From Podarcis erhardii (lineage: Eukaryota): 64,000 nucleotides of DNA. Below the pieces are notes generated by a model, which did not search any database, was not told where the DNA came from, and was given only the letters and a program-made list of their open reading frames with translations. The position numbers were made by a program, and so were the translations under genes. This document shows, in pieces, positions 47,863-61,830 of this stretch. Numbering within the stretch: the stretch's first letter is position 1; each line of letters begins with the position of its first letter. Location of the stretch: the NCBI GenBank assembly GCA_964252035.1, contig OZ176201.1. One strand, written 5' to 3'.

Positions 47863-49269
47863 TACTTAGTATTTTATGGCTACTGAGCATGCTCAATCCT
47901 CCTTGAGCATTTTGAGTTTGTTTGTTTGTTTGTTTAGTTTAGTTCCCATTAAGGTTTTTCCTATAGGCTTCTACTTCAGCAAACCTCAGGGTTCTCCTAA
48001 GCATTCTGATACTTCTCTCCTGTTTCTTAGCAGCCCGTTTTGATTACATAGTTGTTGGCACTTAGTACCTGAGTTTGCTGTTGGAATGACTGAGGACATT
48101 GTTTTCAGTCAATCAAAGTCAGACAGATTCTAGAGCTCCAATGAGCAAAGATATTGGCAAGGAAAATATATCAGTAACTGATAGTTATGCTGCATAACAA
48201 AGTATAGCAATTTAATTCCGTATATATGCTTAACTATAGCACAACTGGTAGATTGATATACATACATGTTCTTTTACCTGAAATACAGCTTACGCGTTCC
48301 TTTAACTCTCACATACTATACTTGCAGACTTGCAATCTGGCATTTCTGGGTCTTTTGGTACTTCTTGTTTTAACATGACTCTAAAAGCTAAACCCCTCTG
48401 CTACTGGTGTATAAGTATGGTGTAAAATTGCAGATTCATCATAAATTAACCTGATAACAGGTTTCATAACTCTTAAATTGTTACTGGCCCTCTCTCAAAT
48501 GGTAGATCAACTAAGGTTGCTTGGGGTGAAGGCTCACAAAGCATTTTATCCCTCTGTCCATGGATTGATGCACTGTTTTCTTCCTTAATATAAGCAGTTG
48601 TTTTTAGCACTTAATCTTCTTCCTTCAGGTCAGGAACCTCAGGCACCAATTCCTCTTGGGTCATCAAATGACAGGAAGGTAGATGTGTAGGATTGAAAGG
48701 GTTCTGCTTCAGGATTTAAACTGAGGCTTAATATCCAAGTAGTAATGGTGGTAAACTATCAGTTAACTCAGTTCATCTTAATCAGAAACAGTTTTTTCTT
48801 AGTGGAGTAGCTGTGGAGTTCCTGGAGAGTCTACAGGTAAGTTGCTTGACATGACGTTGGAAGATATTTGTCATTGTGTCTGCCTTGCATCTTTGCACAA
48901 TTATGGTTGCCCTGGGTGGTTTAAAGAGGTTGGCCAATAAGTTGTTTTGGGGGGCAGTAAATTATTCCTATGAAATATTTTCACAGGACCACACCCACCT
49001 TTAGATACCACCTTGTATATCAGTCGTTCAGGAACTTTCTCTGAATCAGATATGGCTCAGATTTCTATTGGGCAACTATTTTGTGCTTTTCAGGCATTCC
49101 TAAATTATGGAGGACAATCTGGTCTCCTGTCTGTCCCAGTATTGAACCTGCTGATCATATCCAAGTTTGTTGTGGATGCTAAATTGACTTGCTGTTTTAG
49201 AGGCTAGCTGATAGGCCTCTTCCAGTGTTCTTTCATCAGTGCAGAATATATAAAATCTGCAGACTCCAT

Positions 49270-49560
49270 AGGGCAGCAAGCAGCTTCTCTAAACACAAAG
49301 GTAGCCCAGATATAGTAAGGGGAAAGTCCTGTGGCATAATTTATTGTACAATTGAATGCATGCATAAGGTGTTGACTCCATTTTCCCTTTCTTGTGGATT
49401 CTAATAAACCAAGCATATCAAGTAAAATTTTATTGAACCTCTTAGGTTGATGGGCCTTTTGCACATGGTAAGGAGTGTTGTATGGCTTCCTAATACCTGC
49501 AAGGCTTGCAGGAATTTGGAAGTCACACAACATCCTTTACCATGTGCAAAAGGACCTTCA
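49270..49560 (-). mobile_element. Degenerate Gypsy/Ty3 integrase core fragment
   Basis: TPYHVQKAHQPKRFNKILLDMLGLLE...KWSQHLMHAFNCT...TGLSPYY aligns by eye to the rve C-terminal consensus TPYHPQ.NG..ERFNRTL..ML...W...L..AYN.T...TG.SPY. Confidence 0.7.
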
Positions 49561-49772
49561 ACCTCATCTGATTGAATACATTTTGAGCAATCAATAATAA
49601 GCCAAGACTCTCTCGCATAGCATCTCTGCTGCAGGACTGCCATGTTGGTCCTTGGCTAGACCAAGGTCCCTGGCTGGCCATAGTGAGAAAAGTGATCTTT
49701 CATTGCAAGGATACTGTATTGCAATGAAATCCATACAGGCTTTACTCCAAGAGTGCTTCTGTAGTTATATAA

Positions 49773-49908
49773 CAGGCTTCCTCAACCTTGGCCCTCCAGA
49801 TGTTTTTGGCCTACAACTCCCATGATCCCTAGCTAGCAGGACCATTGGTCAGGGATGATGGGAATTGTAGTCTCAAAACATCTGGAGGGCTGAGGTTGAG
49901 GAAGCCTG
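49773..49908. mobile_element. Short palindromic hAT MITE (136 bp), same family as 33339-33477
   Basis: Same TIRs. Perfect TSD ttatataa. Confidence 0.92.
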
Positions 49909-52900
49909 TTATATAAGGAAGGTTAGCTGCTCAGTGAGGGAAGTTCTTTTCTGGATGCATTTAGCACAGTTCATGCAGTACTGTTCTATGTCTTTGGCCA
50001 TCCTAGGACCATAGTGAGGGAAATTACCGTACTTCTTCTTTGTGACTAGCTAGGCTCCATGGCAGCCAATTTGTGGTAGCTCCCATAGCAATTTCTCAGA
50101 TTTCCAAATGTGCCCATGGTTTCAAGTGGTTAGTTTTATAGTGCAGGTAGTTTAGCTAGATCTGTGAAGATCTAGTTATTCCCTCTAGCAGGAGATGACA
50201 CGGCTAGGTGTTCAGGGATGATTGGAGTTGGAGAGCAGCAACATGTGGAGTGCCAAAGGTTCTGCAGCCCTGATCTAACATAATGACTACATTTCAGACA
50301 TCATGATAAACCTTGATTTATTGTGGTGCAAAGGAGCAGAAGAGGATTGTGAAACTGACTTATTTCAACAAAAAGTGGTTAAGATTAACTACGTTCAGGG
50401 GTTGAACATAACACTAAAGTGCAGTTAATAAAAAATGGAAGTGAACACTTCCAATCTCTGACTGAGCCAGGGGAAAGCCGGTGACAGTAGCCTGAGGTTC
50501 ACTGCAGCTCATTCTCATAGCAATGAAACAGTTTTTATTTCCTTCATTCTTGTTAGTAGAAGAAAAATGAAACAGGCCAACTGTTGTGGGTTGACAGTTC
50601 TCTGGCTGATAGCTAGTTTCTCTGGTTTACCTCCAGATCGTATAAATATTTCACATTTTACATAAGGTTGTATTTGATAGCTAGTTTCTTCCATAACAAA
50701 ATTACAGATTGACACTGTGTATTCAAAAGTTCATATTCGGCTGTAACATAAATGATTAGAAGAATAGGCAAAAACATTGCTTCTCCAAGGCACCCACATT
50801 AGGACTACTGAATTCAATGTCACCATCTCCATACTTTTGACACAATAGATTAGGAAGATGTCCTTTCATTTTAGCTTTGCTCAGACAATGGATTAATGTT
50901 AAATGAATAATCCTCAGACGTTAGAGCAGGAGTAGTCAACATAGTGCCCTACAGATGTTGTTGGATTCCAACTCCCATCAGTCCCATCAAGCATGGCAAG
51001 TTATCAAGAATGATGGAAGTTACAATCCCAACAATTGGAGGGTCCCATATTGGCTATCCTGGCTTAAGGGAAGAAACCAGCTTCAAATGATGATTTAGAA
51101 GGTTGGCTTCTTTTACAAAGCCATAGTTTTATGATTAAGTAGGGTTTATATGAACTAATTAATTGTGGTTAATTAAAAATGAAAATGGATGTTTCTCATC
51201 TCAGACCCTGAGGATCGTGCACACAATGCTAAGGCAGTCAATTGTATACTTCTGTTTTTAAAATATCGCACCTAACTTCACTCTTAGGGTATCATATTAA
51301 AATTGAAGCTGATATTGTATACACGTTTATGATTTTCTTTACCACTGTTTACTAGACACAAGTGAGTTACTGTCTGCCTTAATTTGAACATGTGATTGTT
51401 CTAAAGAAACTGGCTTAGAAATCCAGGTGTTAAAAGAAAGAAAAAGCCATTAATTATCTCACAAATTAAATGCTGATTATGTTTGAAGTGAATCATTTCT
51501 TGACATAAATATTGGGTAGAGAAAAGTGAGCAGCAGAGTACACACAGGTATTTGGATATTCTCAGTGTACACTTGAATCTCTTAAGGCCTGGTTCAGCCA
51601 CATGAAGGTTTGTGTAGCATTGCTGCCTAATTGCAGGGTGGCAAATTTGCCCCATTGCCCCACCACTTTAACCAGATATTGGAAGTGGTTCTTTGTTAAT
51701 TACTATGACTCATTTGGGATGAGCACAAAATGTAAAAGAGGTATAATTTAATTAGTTCTTAAGCTAATCATAACATACGTGGGGGTGGCATTTTGGTAAG
51801 GACAGCTATAAACTGGGTCAGATTCAACACCAAGGAAAGAATATGTAGAAAACATTGATATACCCAGTTTGTAAGTGCCTTTTGAAACTGCAAGCATAGA
51901 GCAGAAGGGAAATCTCTGTTTCTTTGACTGTCGGGAGTGCTAAAACACTATATTTACAACACAGTGGAAAACAGCAGTGAAGAATTAGCTCAGTCTGTTT
52001 CCTGCTGTTACCATTTCAGAATGTACCTATTTGATGTTGTTAAACATCCATAGGATTGTAGAGATGTAAGTACAGGGGACCTCTCACTAAATAGCAATGA
52101 TCTATCCAGGTTGTATCCACTGAATGAACTGCAGGCCTGAGTTTTCAACTAAACGTTTTTAAAGCATTAAAAGAACATAATAAAAATAAAAGAACATGCT
52201 AATTTTATTATTTGTTTTATTGTCAGCTTCTTTGGAGCCATTTAACTGAAGGATTGTATGCAAATGTACAAACAGGCAGTGGCAAGCTGGGCAGTGAGCA
52301 AAGCTGCCTTGGAGACAGGAAGGGGTCCCTGGTCATGCTGCCTGCTCTGTCGCTGGGCCTGCTGGCACCATTGCCTTCTGCAGGGCTTCCCCCCTTGGTG
52401 AAGCCCACCCAAAGTGTCCCATGGCTGGTGGACAGGAAAGCAAGCATGGGACACCACTAGAACAAGAAACACTCAGTCTCTCTGCTGGGGACAGTAGGCA
52501 GGCCTGGCTTGTGGCTGAGGGTCAGTTTTTTTTTAATCTCCATGCTTATCCCAGGACAAAGCAGATTTCCTATGCGGTGATGAATGCATTGTCTGAAGTT
52601 CTTCACTCAGTCTTTATTCATCCGATGCCACTGAAGATATTTTTACACACACTTAGATTCTTTTTGATATCCACAGTGGTTTTATTGTTAAATTGAGATT
52701 GGCAAGAAACAACCAAACAAGGTTGGTTTTTTTATGTTAGAAGGTATTTCCCCCCCACTTTGTGATCCCTTTTGGGGGCGGGGAACAGAAAGAAAAAGAG
52801 AGAGATAAATGAGATGATGGTAGAAAGGGATAACAAAGGGGTGGCCCTGTCAATGTTTAATTGCCCTCTGGCCACTGTTTGGGGGTGGCCCTATATAGAA

Positions 52901-53262
52901 AAAGGGTTCTACACTTCTCTTTCAATGTAAAACCTTTTGTCAGTATCGGTATAAAAACATTCATGCCATAGGCTACTTGCAGTGTTTGTGACTGCTGTAA
53001 AAAGAATTGCTAAACACACAATAGGGTTGTTATGCGAAGATAAAAGTTCACCAGTTTGGTGTATTTCTCTTTGTTTCAGTGTTGAGATTAAAAATAAACC
53101 AGATTGTCACCTTCGTAGCACAGGTGTAGCAGTTACCTAAAGGCAGTGCCAATAATTCTTCACTGGGGTTGGGGCAAACTGGCTTTCAATCCAGGAGGTC
53201 TGCATTCTTATATGAAAGTGCTTTCAATATCCATGACAAAGACATGACTCATAGCAAAGAAC

Positions 53263-53266
<4 letters not shown>

Positions 53267-53296
<30 letters not shown>
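53267..53296. repeat. (TG)15 microsatellite
   Basis: Read directly from the sequence. Confidence 0.95.
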
Positions 53297-53298
<2 letters not shown>

Positions 53299-55772
53299 GG
53301 TATTTATGTATTGCTTTTCAAGCAGACCTCAAAAAACAGTCATAAGTTTATTACAACAATAAGCATTGATTTTAAAAAGTAGTAAAATAAAAAAGACACC
53401 CTGTTTAGAAGAAGCTATTACTTCTATTATCTAGTTACATAATCCTGAATCCATGGGATTAAAAGAAGATGCATTCCTGGCTCCAATCTTGACAGTACAA
53501 ACTGATAAAAGTCTTGTAGAGTGGGATCCAATGTAATCGTTCAGGGAATGGAATTCATTTGTTTCCTTCTATAAACAGAAGATCCTTTCATTGATGGAGT
53601 GACTGTTGGATCACACTCATTTATCTTGACTACTATGAATACCTAGGGAATGATCAGGTATAGTTCCAAGTTGATAAAACACTTAGGAAGCAGCTGAGCT
53701 CCAGTTTCCCTTTCCGATTCATGGATAAGGCTGTGTTTAATCTCTTAGTCAAAAAGGCTCTTCTTTGTAGGTGTTGGTCCAGTTGTATTTATGAGACACT
53801 GCCTTTTCAATTGCAATTTCCTCTAAAATTAAAGAGGCAATTTTGTATATGTGGTGGAATTAAAATGTGTCCAGCATGTTGGTGGTAATGTTACAATATA
53901 CAAGGTTAATTCTATCATATGATAGCCCCCATGGGGTTATATCCAGATTTTGAGCACAGAGCGGCCAAACAATTAACAAAACAACTTTATAATTGTTAAT
54001 GCTGTGTTGGTGTCTTTACTATGCTTTTTCCTTAACAGTTGAAAAGGTTATTGCATGAAAGAGATGTCACTCATAACTACTGGAAATTGCCAATGGAAAG
54101 CTTGTGACCCATTTGCTTAAACTCTTGGCACCACCATATTTGGGAACCTGCTTTCATGGAAAAGTTAACACACCAGATAAGATTGTCGAAAGGCTTGTCT
54201 GATACTTTCCAAATAAAATATTTGTTTGTTTTTGTAAGTGGAAACCCTATTGCAGTGTAAATCTTGGGGACTGACCTGATTACTATAGATCATGATTTGC
54301 CCTAAGACTGTCATTGTTTAGAAGAGGGGTGGCTAAGCTGTGGCTCTTCAGATGTTGCTGAAATACAGGTCTCCTCAATCCCAGCTAGCATGGGGCAATG
54401 ATCAGGGATGGTATGTGTTGTAGTTGCTGATTGATCACATTTAATAATGACTTCTGGGAAAGTAAAGTTCTACTTAACTATGAACTTTTATTCTAGATTA
54501 TGGGAATTTTTAATTTTGCTTGCTTTTATTCCTTGAATCAATGCATTTTGAGTCACAGGGATCTCCTGTTGTTTCTTTCTTTTCACTTGTACATAGCGAG
54601 TCTTCTCAAGGGGCAATGGTTTTGTTGAATGACTTCTGCTGGTGTTTCATTGACAACTTGGATTTTGCCCTTTAAAATATTTGAAGCTGTATTGACATTT
54701 GTAAGTTTACCTCCATAGATTCTACCTTCTTTTTCACTGCTTGATTTGTAAATCAATTATTTTATTGAAATCGTTGACAGTGGGAAGCCTTTTGCCTTGT
54801 TTGGAAACTTGGCAACTGCAGCAGTGAATGGCATCTTACTGTTGACCAGTTAATAAAAAAACGTTCATTATAAAGTACATTATAAACATTTGAATAAGTG
54901 TGATTTTAGAGGATAAAATCAGTTGGATGGAGGGGTCACAGTGAAGGTGTTGATGTCAAGCATCAGTTGAGAGAGAGCCTTAATGTTAAGATAACAGGTA
55001 GCTTTTAAATACAGCAGAGTGGCTGTAGTTGTAATCTGAAGACTGTGCATGATGATTGGCACATGCATAGGGAATTTTCACTTCTTTCTTCGAAGTGCTC
55101 CTGAGACTATCCTTAAAGGCTTCTTCAAAGCATCACCCAATCATAGAATAATAGAACTTTTACCAGGAAGAAAACCCAGACAGCATTTGGTAAACACAAC
55201 AAATCTGCATTCTTTGATTGGCATTTGGAATGCAGACATTTGGCTCACCCGTGTTATACGGCACATAATATGCTATATACTGTGTATATTGCAGTGAATA
55301 TATTATAATGTCTGCAACTTCAACTTCTATGCACATCTCTTCTACAGTAGTATGCTGGAAGAGAAGAAAAGTTTTTCTCTTGATCTTGTTTAACATTTTG
55401 TTGTTTGTTCCATTTCTGATCCAACAAGCTGCATGATGTATTTTCTCAGCAGCGATTCTGTTGGTGGTCCTAGGTGGTGCATTTTTTTCAGGAAAAAAAG
55501 GCATCTCAGTTCCTTTGCCAGAAATTACACATACTGAACACCATCTTGCAGTTTGAAATGAACTCTTATTTTTTTTTAATGCATCTCCAGTTTTTCTTCT
55601 TTGTTTTAGTGGATCAGTTTGCCCTATGTGTAGGATATTGCCTTGGAGCTCCTTAACTTTTCTGATATGATAAAGATTCATAGTTCTGTTTCTGTTGAGG
55701 ATGGAAATATATTGATCATTATAACAGGTATTCTTGGGATTATAATGGGACCTTGAGGTCTAACCGAAAATA

Positions 55773-55943
55773 CTGTATTTACTCAAGTCTAATGTGCCAT
55801 CGAATCTAATGTGCACTTCAATTTTCAGAACCTTGAAAGTATTTGCTGGCGAATGTAAATGTGCCTTCGAATCTAATGTGCACCTTAATTTTCACAACGT
55901 AATTTGGCCAAAAAAGGTGAGCATTAGAATCGAGTAAATACAA
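55773..55943. mobile_element. Tc2-like MITE (different family)
   Basis: TA-flanked TIRs ctgtatttactcaagtctaatg / cattagaatcgagtaaatacaa. Confidence 0.7.
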
Positions 55944-56379
55944 TATTAATTTACACCCTTTTGTGTCCTGCTTTTCCTTGAAGGAGTTGAGGGTAGCATA
56001 TATTGTGGGAATATGGTCATTTGTCCATAAGAGCATGGGCAAAAGTTTATTAGTGCAAGGATGATTTCATAGCAGAAAGCATTGCTTGGAAGCATGATCA
56101 ACGCGTGGACAGCTCATGCCATCCGATGATTGGTCCACGTAGCATAACATGATCAACTGCGTGGTCTGGTGTGAGAACATGAGACTAATGTATTGTATTG
56201 TCTTTTATCTGCTGACGGAGGCAAAGCTCTCTCCTTGAATTTGTATCTTTTCTGGGACTCTCAATAAAGGTTGGGGCAGCAGCAGCTTCTGAGAGAGCTG
56301 CGGCCAGATTTCTGCAACCCATCTTGGTGTGAGACTGATTATTTACGGATGGCGAGCAGGTACTCGTCAATATATGGAA

Positions 56380-57030
56380 TTAGATATTATTTTGAAAACA
56401 ACTATGTAGGATTGTGTAGGTTTCAGGCCATGAATGATTTGGCCAAGGCTGCACAGCAGACTTTGTGGCTCATCAGATATTGATTCTCCCATGATCAATT
56501 GGGGCATCTCATTGTTTGGCTGGTATCCTCTCAGCTTTTTTAGAGGTCTTAATTCCTCTTTATTATCTCATGATGCAGCATAGTTTTAAAGCCATAGTTG
56601 TCGAACAGTTTTGCTTTCCAATCCCATCCAATTCAATCCAATGCCCTCTGATATCCTAGACGGAAACAGACTCTGTATATGTGGGCAAGCGCAGGCGGAA
56701 GACATCTTGCACTATTTACTATGTTGCCCACTATACATGGGACCCAGGAGGCAATTTCTCACCACCCATACATGAAAGATGTCTCCCCTGGCAGAGAAGT
56801 TTCTATGGCTTCTTAGCGATGTAAACACTTCAGTGACTCTTCAGTCACTTCAGTCGCCCTTTTTGCTTTGGTGGCCAAAAAGATCAGAAAGAAGACCCAG
56901 TGAACTGCAAGGGAGCCACAGATACCTAAATAGAGACCATTGCTTGTGGTGCAACACCCCTTTTGCTTGTATTTATTTTTTATTCAGATTTGTCATGACC
57001 AATGGATAGTACAATAAAGTTATTTGGATC
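56380..57030 (+). mobile_element. Non-LTR retrotransposon 3' relic with C-terminal CCHC-type motif (clade uncertain)
   Basis: 56668-56760 reads RLCICGQAQAEDILHYLLCCPLYMGPRRQFL. The region ends in caataaagttatttgg. Confidence 0.55.
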
Positions 57031-57161
57031 GGACTGCATTTCTTGAATTTGAATGCCAATTTTTCTAATCTCCTGTCTCAGCTTAGCTTTTCCAAGACAA
57101 TTTTGACACTGCATATTGTCAGTTTGTTGCCTGTGTTATTTTTGTGGTGTCTTTGCTTCTA

Positions 57162-57403
57162 CAGTGGTACCTCGGGTTACATACACTTCAGGTTACATAC
57201 GCTTCAGGTTACACACTCCACTAAGCCAGAAATAGTGCTTCAGGTTAAGAACTTTGCTTCAGGATGAGAACAGAAATCATGCTTTTGCGTCACAGCGGCA
57301 GCAGGAGGCCCCATTAGCTAAAGTGGTGCTTCAGGTTAAGAACAGTTTCAGGTTAAGTACAGACCTCTGGAACGAATTAAGTACTTAACCTGAGGTACCA
57401 CTG
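57162..57403. mobile_element. Tigger-like MITE
   Basis: TA TSD and intact TIRs. Confidence 0.9.
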
Positions 57404-60005
57404 TATAGAAATGCTTCCTCATGGTCAGCTTCCTGTATCTCAATTACAGTGTTTGAAAGCGTGAATCACACTGTCATCTGGATTTATGGTGGGTACATCT
57501 CTCACCTATGTAAATAGCTTTGATGGAAATCATACAAGAAATCCACATGATTTAAACTTTTACATATTACCAGTGGCTAGTTTTAGATATAACACTAAAA
57601 CATGGTTTATTTAGATTGCTCTGTCTGGCTAGTTTGTATGTCTGAATGTTCCCCAGCTAGCTAGCTATGGGTTTCAGTCTTATAAGTAAGGCTGCAAAGC
57701 TTTTTACTAGCCATGCTGGTTGCAGAAAAATGGAAGGCCAGGAAACGTCAGGATATGTTGTACCTTCAGGAGACTTCACTTGGATCTTTATTTGCAAAGG
57801 CTCACTTCTATAAAGTCTGAGAATCTCTTGCTTACACAATTGTAATTGAAGGAGTTGTTGCACATACTTGGTTGCACAGCATTTTAAAAAAATGCACCAT
57901 CACTTCCTCATTTTAACTCAACGCTTGCTAAACACCTAACAAGTTTAGGTGCGTAAGTAGCAGAGTTCCATCTTCACATGGAAAATTTTGAGAGTTCAGA
58001 CTTCATTGTTCAGGTAAAGTCTTTTTTTGAAAAGCATTTAAGAACATTTGTCTGCAAAAAAATAAGTAGGAAATGTGTGTGTTTGTGTGTGTGTGTGTGG
58101 TGCAATTTGTTTTTTTGGGGGGTGTTATCTCAAGCTGTAGAAAAATTGTGTTTCTTAATGAGAAATGTGGTTGACATCACAATTGTATGCATGTTCTGTT
58201 TTCTCAGCAGTAAGTCCCACTGTGTGTGTCTAGCTGCTTATTATTATTATTAAATTTGATTGATCACCTTCTAAACCACCATTTCAAGGCGATTTACGTA
58301 TTATTACTATTATTATATATTTATCCCTGGTGGGACTCAATTAAAATAAACAGTAAAAAAGCAAAAACAACCAGGTAAATGTGCATAGAACTGCATCCTA
58401 TGTGACACTGCTGACAAAAGACTGTCCCTCTATACAGAAAGCAGCCTAGCTGATCTCTCAAGGTGCATTCTTATACTATTGTTATGATACTTAAGAGATT
58501 GTCTTTGAAATGTATTTTTTTTTTACCAAGCTTCAAACCTTGTTCAGTAGTAATATAACTGTTCAACAGTAAATACACATGTCTTTTCTAATTATACTTT
58601 CATAATAAGTAACACAAATGCTGGGGCCCAGTTTAAAATTTTATTTAACTTTTCTGTTATGAATTGTATATTGTCTAAGGAAATTGTTTTCAGAAGTACA
58701 GTATATGATTTGTTTTTAAACAAAAATGTATCTGATTAGTTTATAACGTTATTGAAAAAGATTTTATGTCTTAAAGTAAACATCAGAAGTACTTCAAAAA
58801 AGTAAGTTTAAAATTTAGTATTCAAAATGAGTCAAGAGTTACAAAATGCTTTTGCTCCATCTAAAAATAAGTTGTACTTGTGCTATAATTCCTTAGCTGT
58901 CTCCGCTTTGGTGACAGGTATAATTTGCATACATTATGATTGAGAATTTGCTTGAAATCTGAATAGCTTTGTAAGAGCACTAGCATGAACTAGTGAAAAA
59001 AGGGAAGAGATGATTCCAATTTATCCATTTTTTGTGGGGAGGAATGAGAGAACAAATTGGTTATTGAATTAGGGATATTGGGTATTATCTAACACTGTAG
59101 TTCTGCTGGCTCAGTGGACTTCTCTGCATACAACAGAGCTGCTTCTTCTCCTGTTCCCTCCAGCCACTTGTACACCCTCAAAATCAGCATTAGAGGGTTG
59201 GGGGATCCCAAGATTTGATTTTTGGGACATGCAGGGAAGGAAATGAAAGTCCTATTCCACCAGCAGAGGATTGGATGCAATCCATTGCATAGTTGATTAT
59301 CTCATTAATAAAGATGATGGCCAGTGTTCAATACTGTTACTTCACAGGAACGTGTGTCTGTGTGTGATGCCAACTAATTGCAAACTAAGCCTAGAGGCTG
59401 GTATTGCTTGCATATAAATTTATTTTGTATTGCAAATTGTATTTGCCATTTTGGCTTTGTTCTTTCTGGAGCGTTAGATAAGAATAATGTGATTAGTGCC
59501 TGCAACACAATGCATAGCTTTGCCAATTCCTGAGGCTTTCAAATAATTTTATTATTTGTACCCCCAAAATACTATGTAACAACCATGAGAGCTATAGCCA
59601 ATGACTGGCAATTTTTATTTTATTTTAGAAGGTAAATCTAAATTCTAGATTTTCTTCAAAGATGTGCTTTTCGTTGTTCAAAACCTGCTGAAAAATTGCC
59701 TTGCAACTTTTAAGAGAATTCATATCTGATTGAAGACACTGGCTAGTAATTTCATTATTTATAAAAGAATTTCAAGCATTCAGGAATCATTTTGATCCGT
59801 ATTTGTTTGAAGTAATACTTCTCAATGGGATATACTAAGGTGGCTGAGATGCAATGCTGAACTGTGGTTTGACACTCTGTGAATGAGCCCAGTGCTTGCA
59901 CTTTCCCATTTCTTCTTCCCTGCTGCTGTAGTTTGCCCACATACCAGGATTGTAAACCTGCAGCTTGTGAACTACCTTTGCAGACAAACTATGGTTTGTA
60001 TATAC

Positions 60006-60165
60006 CAGGTGTGCCCAAACTTTTTTCCAAGAGGGCCAGATTTGATGAAGTGAACATGCATGAGGGCTGATTGAAGTTGTTGAAATTTTTGGGGGGATTT
60101 CCCCCCAAAGTTGTTGACCTTTGGGGGCCAGATTGGGCCCCCAAAATGGACTTTGGACATGCCTG
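60006..60165. mobile_element. hAT MITE (160 bp)
   Basis: TIRs caggtgtgcccaaa / tttggacatgcctg. TSD gtatatac / gtatagac. Confidence 0.8.
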
Positions 60166-61559
60166 GTATAGACCATATACAAACCATATTCCTGCTTCAG
60201 TTGTAATGGCAAACTGTAGTGTTCCTTCTAATTCAGAAGTGAATTGAGAGCATTAAGTGTGTAAGCACAGGTTTCATCTATGTAATAAGTCAAACCAACA
60301 ATGAATAATTCTGTGCATTGTTAATAAAATCAGTATCATCAGTGATCCCATTAGTGTTTGAAGCCCTAAATGACAAGCACATGTATCAGAAAGGCCATTG
60401 CCTTCTGACCAGACCCTCTTCAGTTTGAAGATGGTAGTTTCACTGCTTTTGGAGGTTTTGAGGGTGGCACCCCAGAAGAGAGCATTCTCTGCTGCAACCT
60501 CTGAGCTGTGGAAGTTCTTTTTCACAGAGGTGTGCCTGGCACTTGCGTTATGTAGTTTTCATTATCTAGTGAACACATTATCTACACCTCTCTACCCTAG
60601 CCTCTGAGATCTGAGATAAACATTTTAGGAGTTTGTCTGTTCTGTTGATTGTAACTTGGTAAGGGATAGATAAGAAAAATAATAAAAAACATAATAATAA
60701 AATGGACATGGGAGAGTGGTGATTATTCAAATTTCCATCAGCCCTTTCCAGCAGGAATGATGGGAACTGTAGTAACCTTGTTTTAAAAAATACATTACTA
60801 TACAGTATTTCTTCATGATCTGATATCTTCCTTGCTATAAATTTTGGTTGACTGCTTAAATAGGTGTAGTTGCATGAACCTGGAATACATCCATGTAAGA
60901 GGTCAATGAATCATTTAAGGTGACTATGGACTAAATGATAAAATAAATTTAAAAATAAATTTTAAGTATCTAAGAAATGTAGTTTTTCTTTGCTTTCAAT
61001 CATATTGGCCTAAGGTTTTCCTTTCCTTTAATGAATAAAAAAAAAAAGCTTTTGCTTTAATGAATAAACATTGAATTAGTCCAATTCTCCCCACTGAGTG
61101 AATTAGCCCCAGGCACTAAGATTCAGAGATGTTTCCTGTTGAACTTCTCTGAACTTTTGACTCATGGTGGGTGCAGCATTTCGTGCAAATGGCCAAATAT
61201 CTTCAAATTACTCCCACAAAATTAAACTTGAAAATCTGCAGAGTTAATTTTATTTGATGTGCTGCAGCACCAGATTATACAGTATGTGTTGCATCTAACT
61301 AAATTCTACTTGGGGTAGGCCCGCAGAAATTAATGCATCTAAGTTAGTTGTGTCCATTAATTTCAGTGAGTCTGCTCGTGAGTATGACTAACACTGGATA
61401 CAACCCACAAGTGTAATTTGAAAGATCTATGGGCAGAGCTGGTCAAAGGTTAGTTTCTATGTAGTCCCACTGAGAATGACAAAACTATGACATTAGAATG
61501 TTTAAAACTGTGTTTAAAACAAAATAACTAAATCATGTGTCTGGATAGGCTTGCTGAAA

Positions 61560-61830
61560 CAGAAACATCTAAAAGTAACAGATATGCAAGAAGTAAACCA
61601 CCAACGATACTACAAGGTATAAAACATCACAGAAGGACCAGGGAAATAGGAAAGTTCTTAAATTTAATGCTGGAAACACAATATGGACATCACAAAGCTT
61701 TCTAGGGAGAGCATTCCATAACCAGGAAGGCAGCAGCGGAAAGGCCCCTTCTCTCATGGTCATACTCTGGATACTGAATGAAGGAGCCTGAGGAAGTGCC
61801 TCTGTTGGTAACCTTAATGTATGGGTAGGT
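61560..61830 (-). mobile_element. L2-type LINE 3' fragment
   Basis: The ORF track shows GAFPLLPSWLWNALPR, a decayed L2 RT-tail motif. Confidence 0.6.

Noticed and set aside
55160-55681. 173-aa antisense ORF in SLMAP intron
   Set aside because: No recognisable domain, and the composition mirrors a T-rich intron on the other strand.
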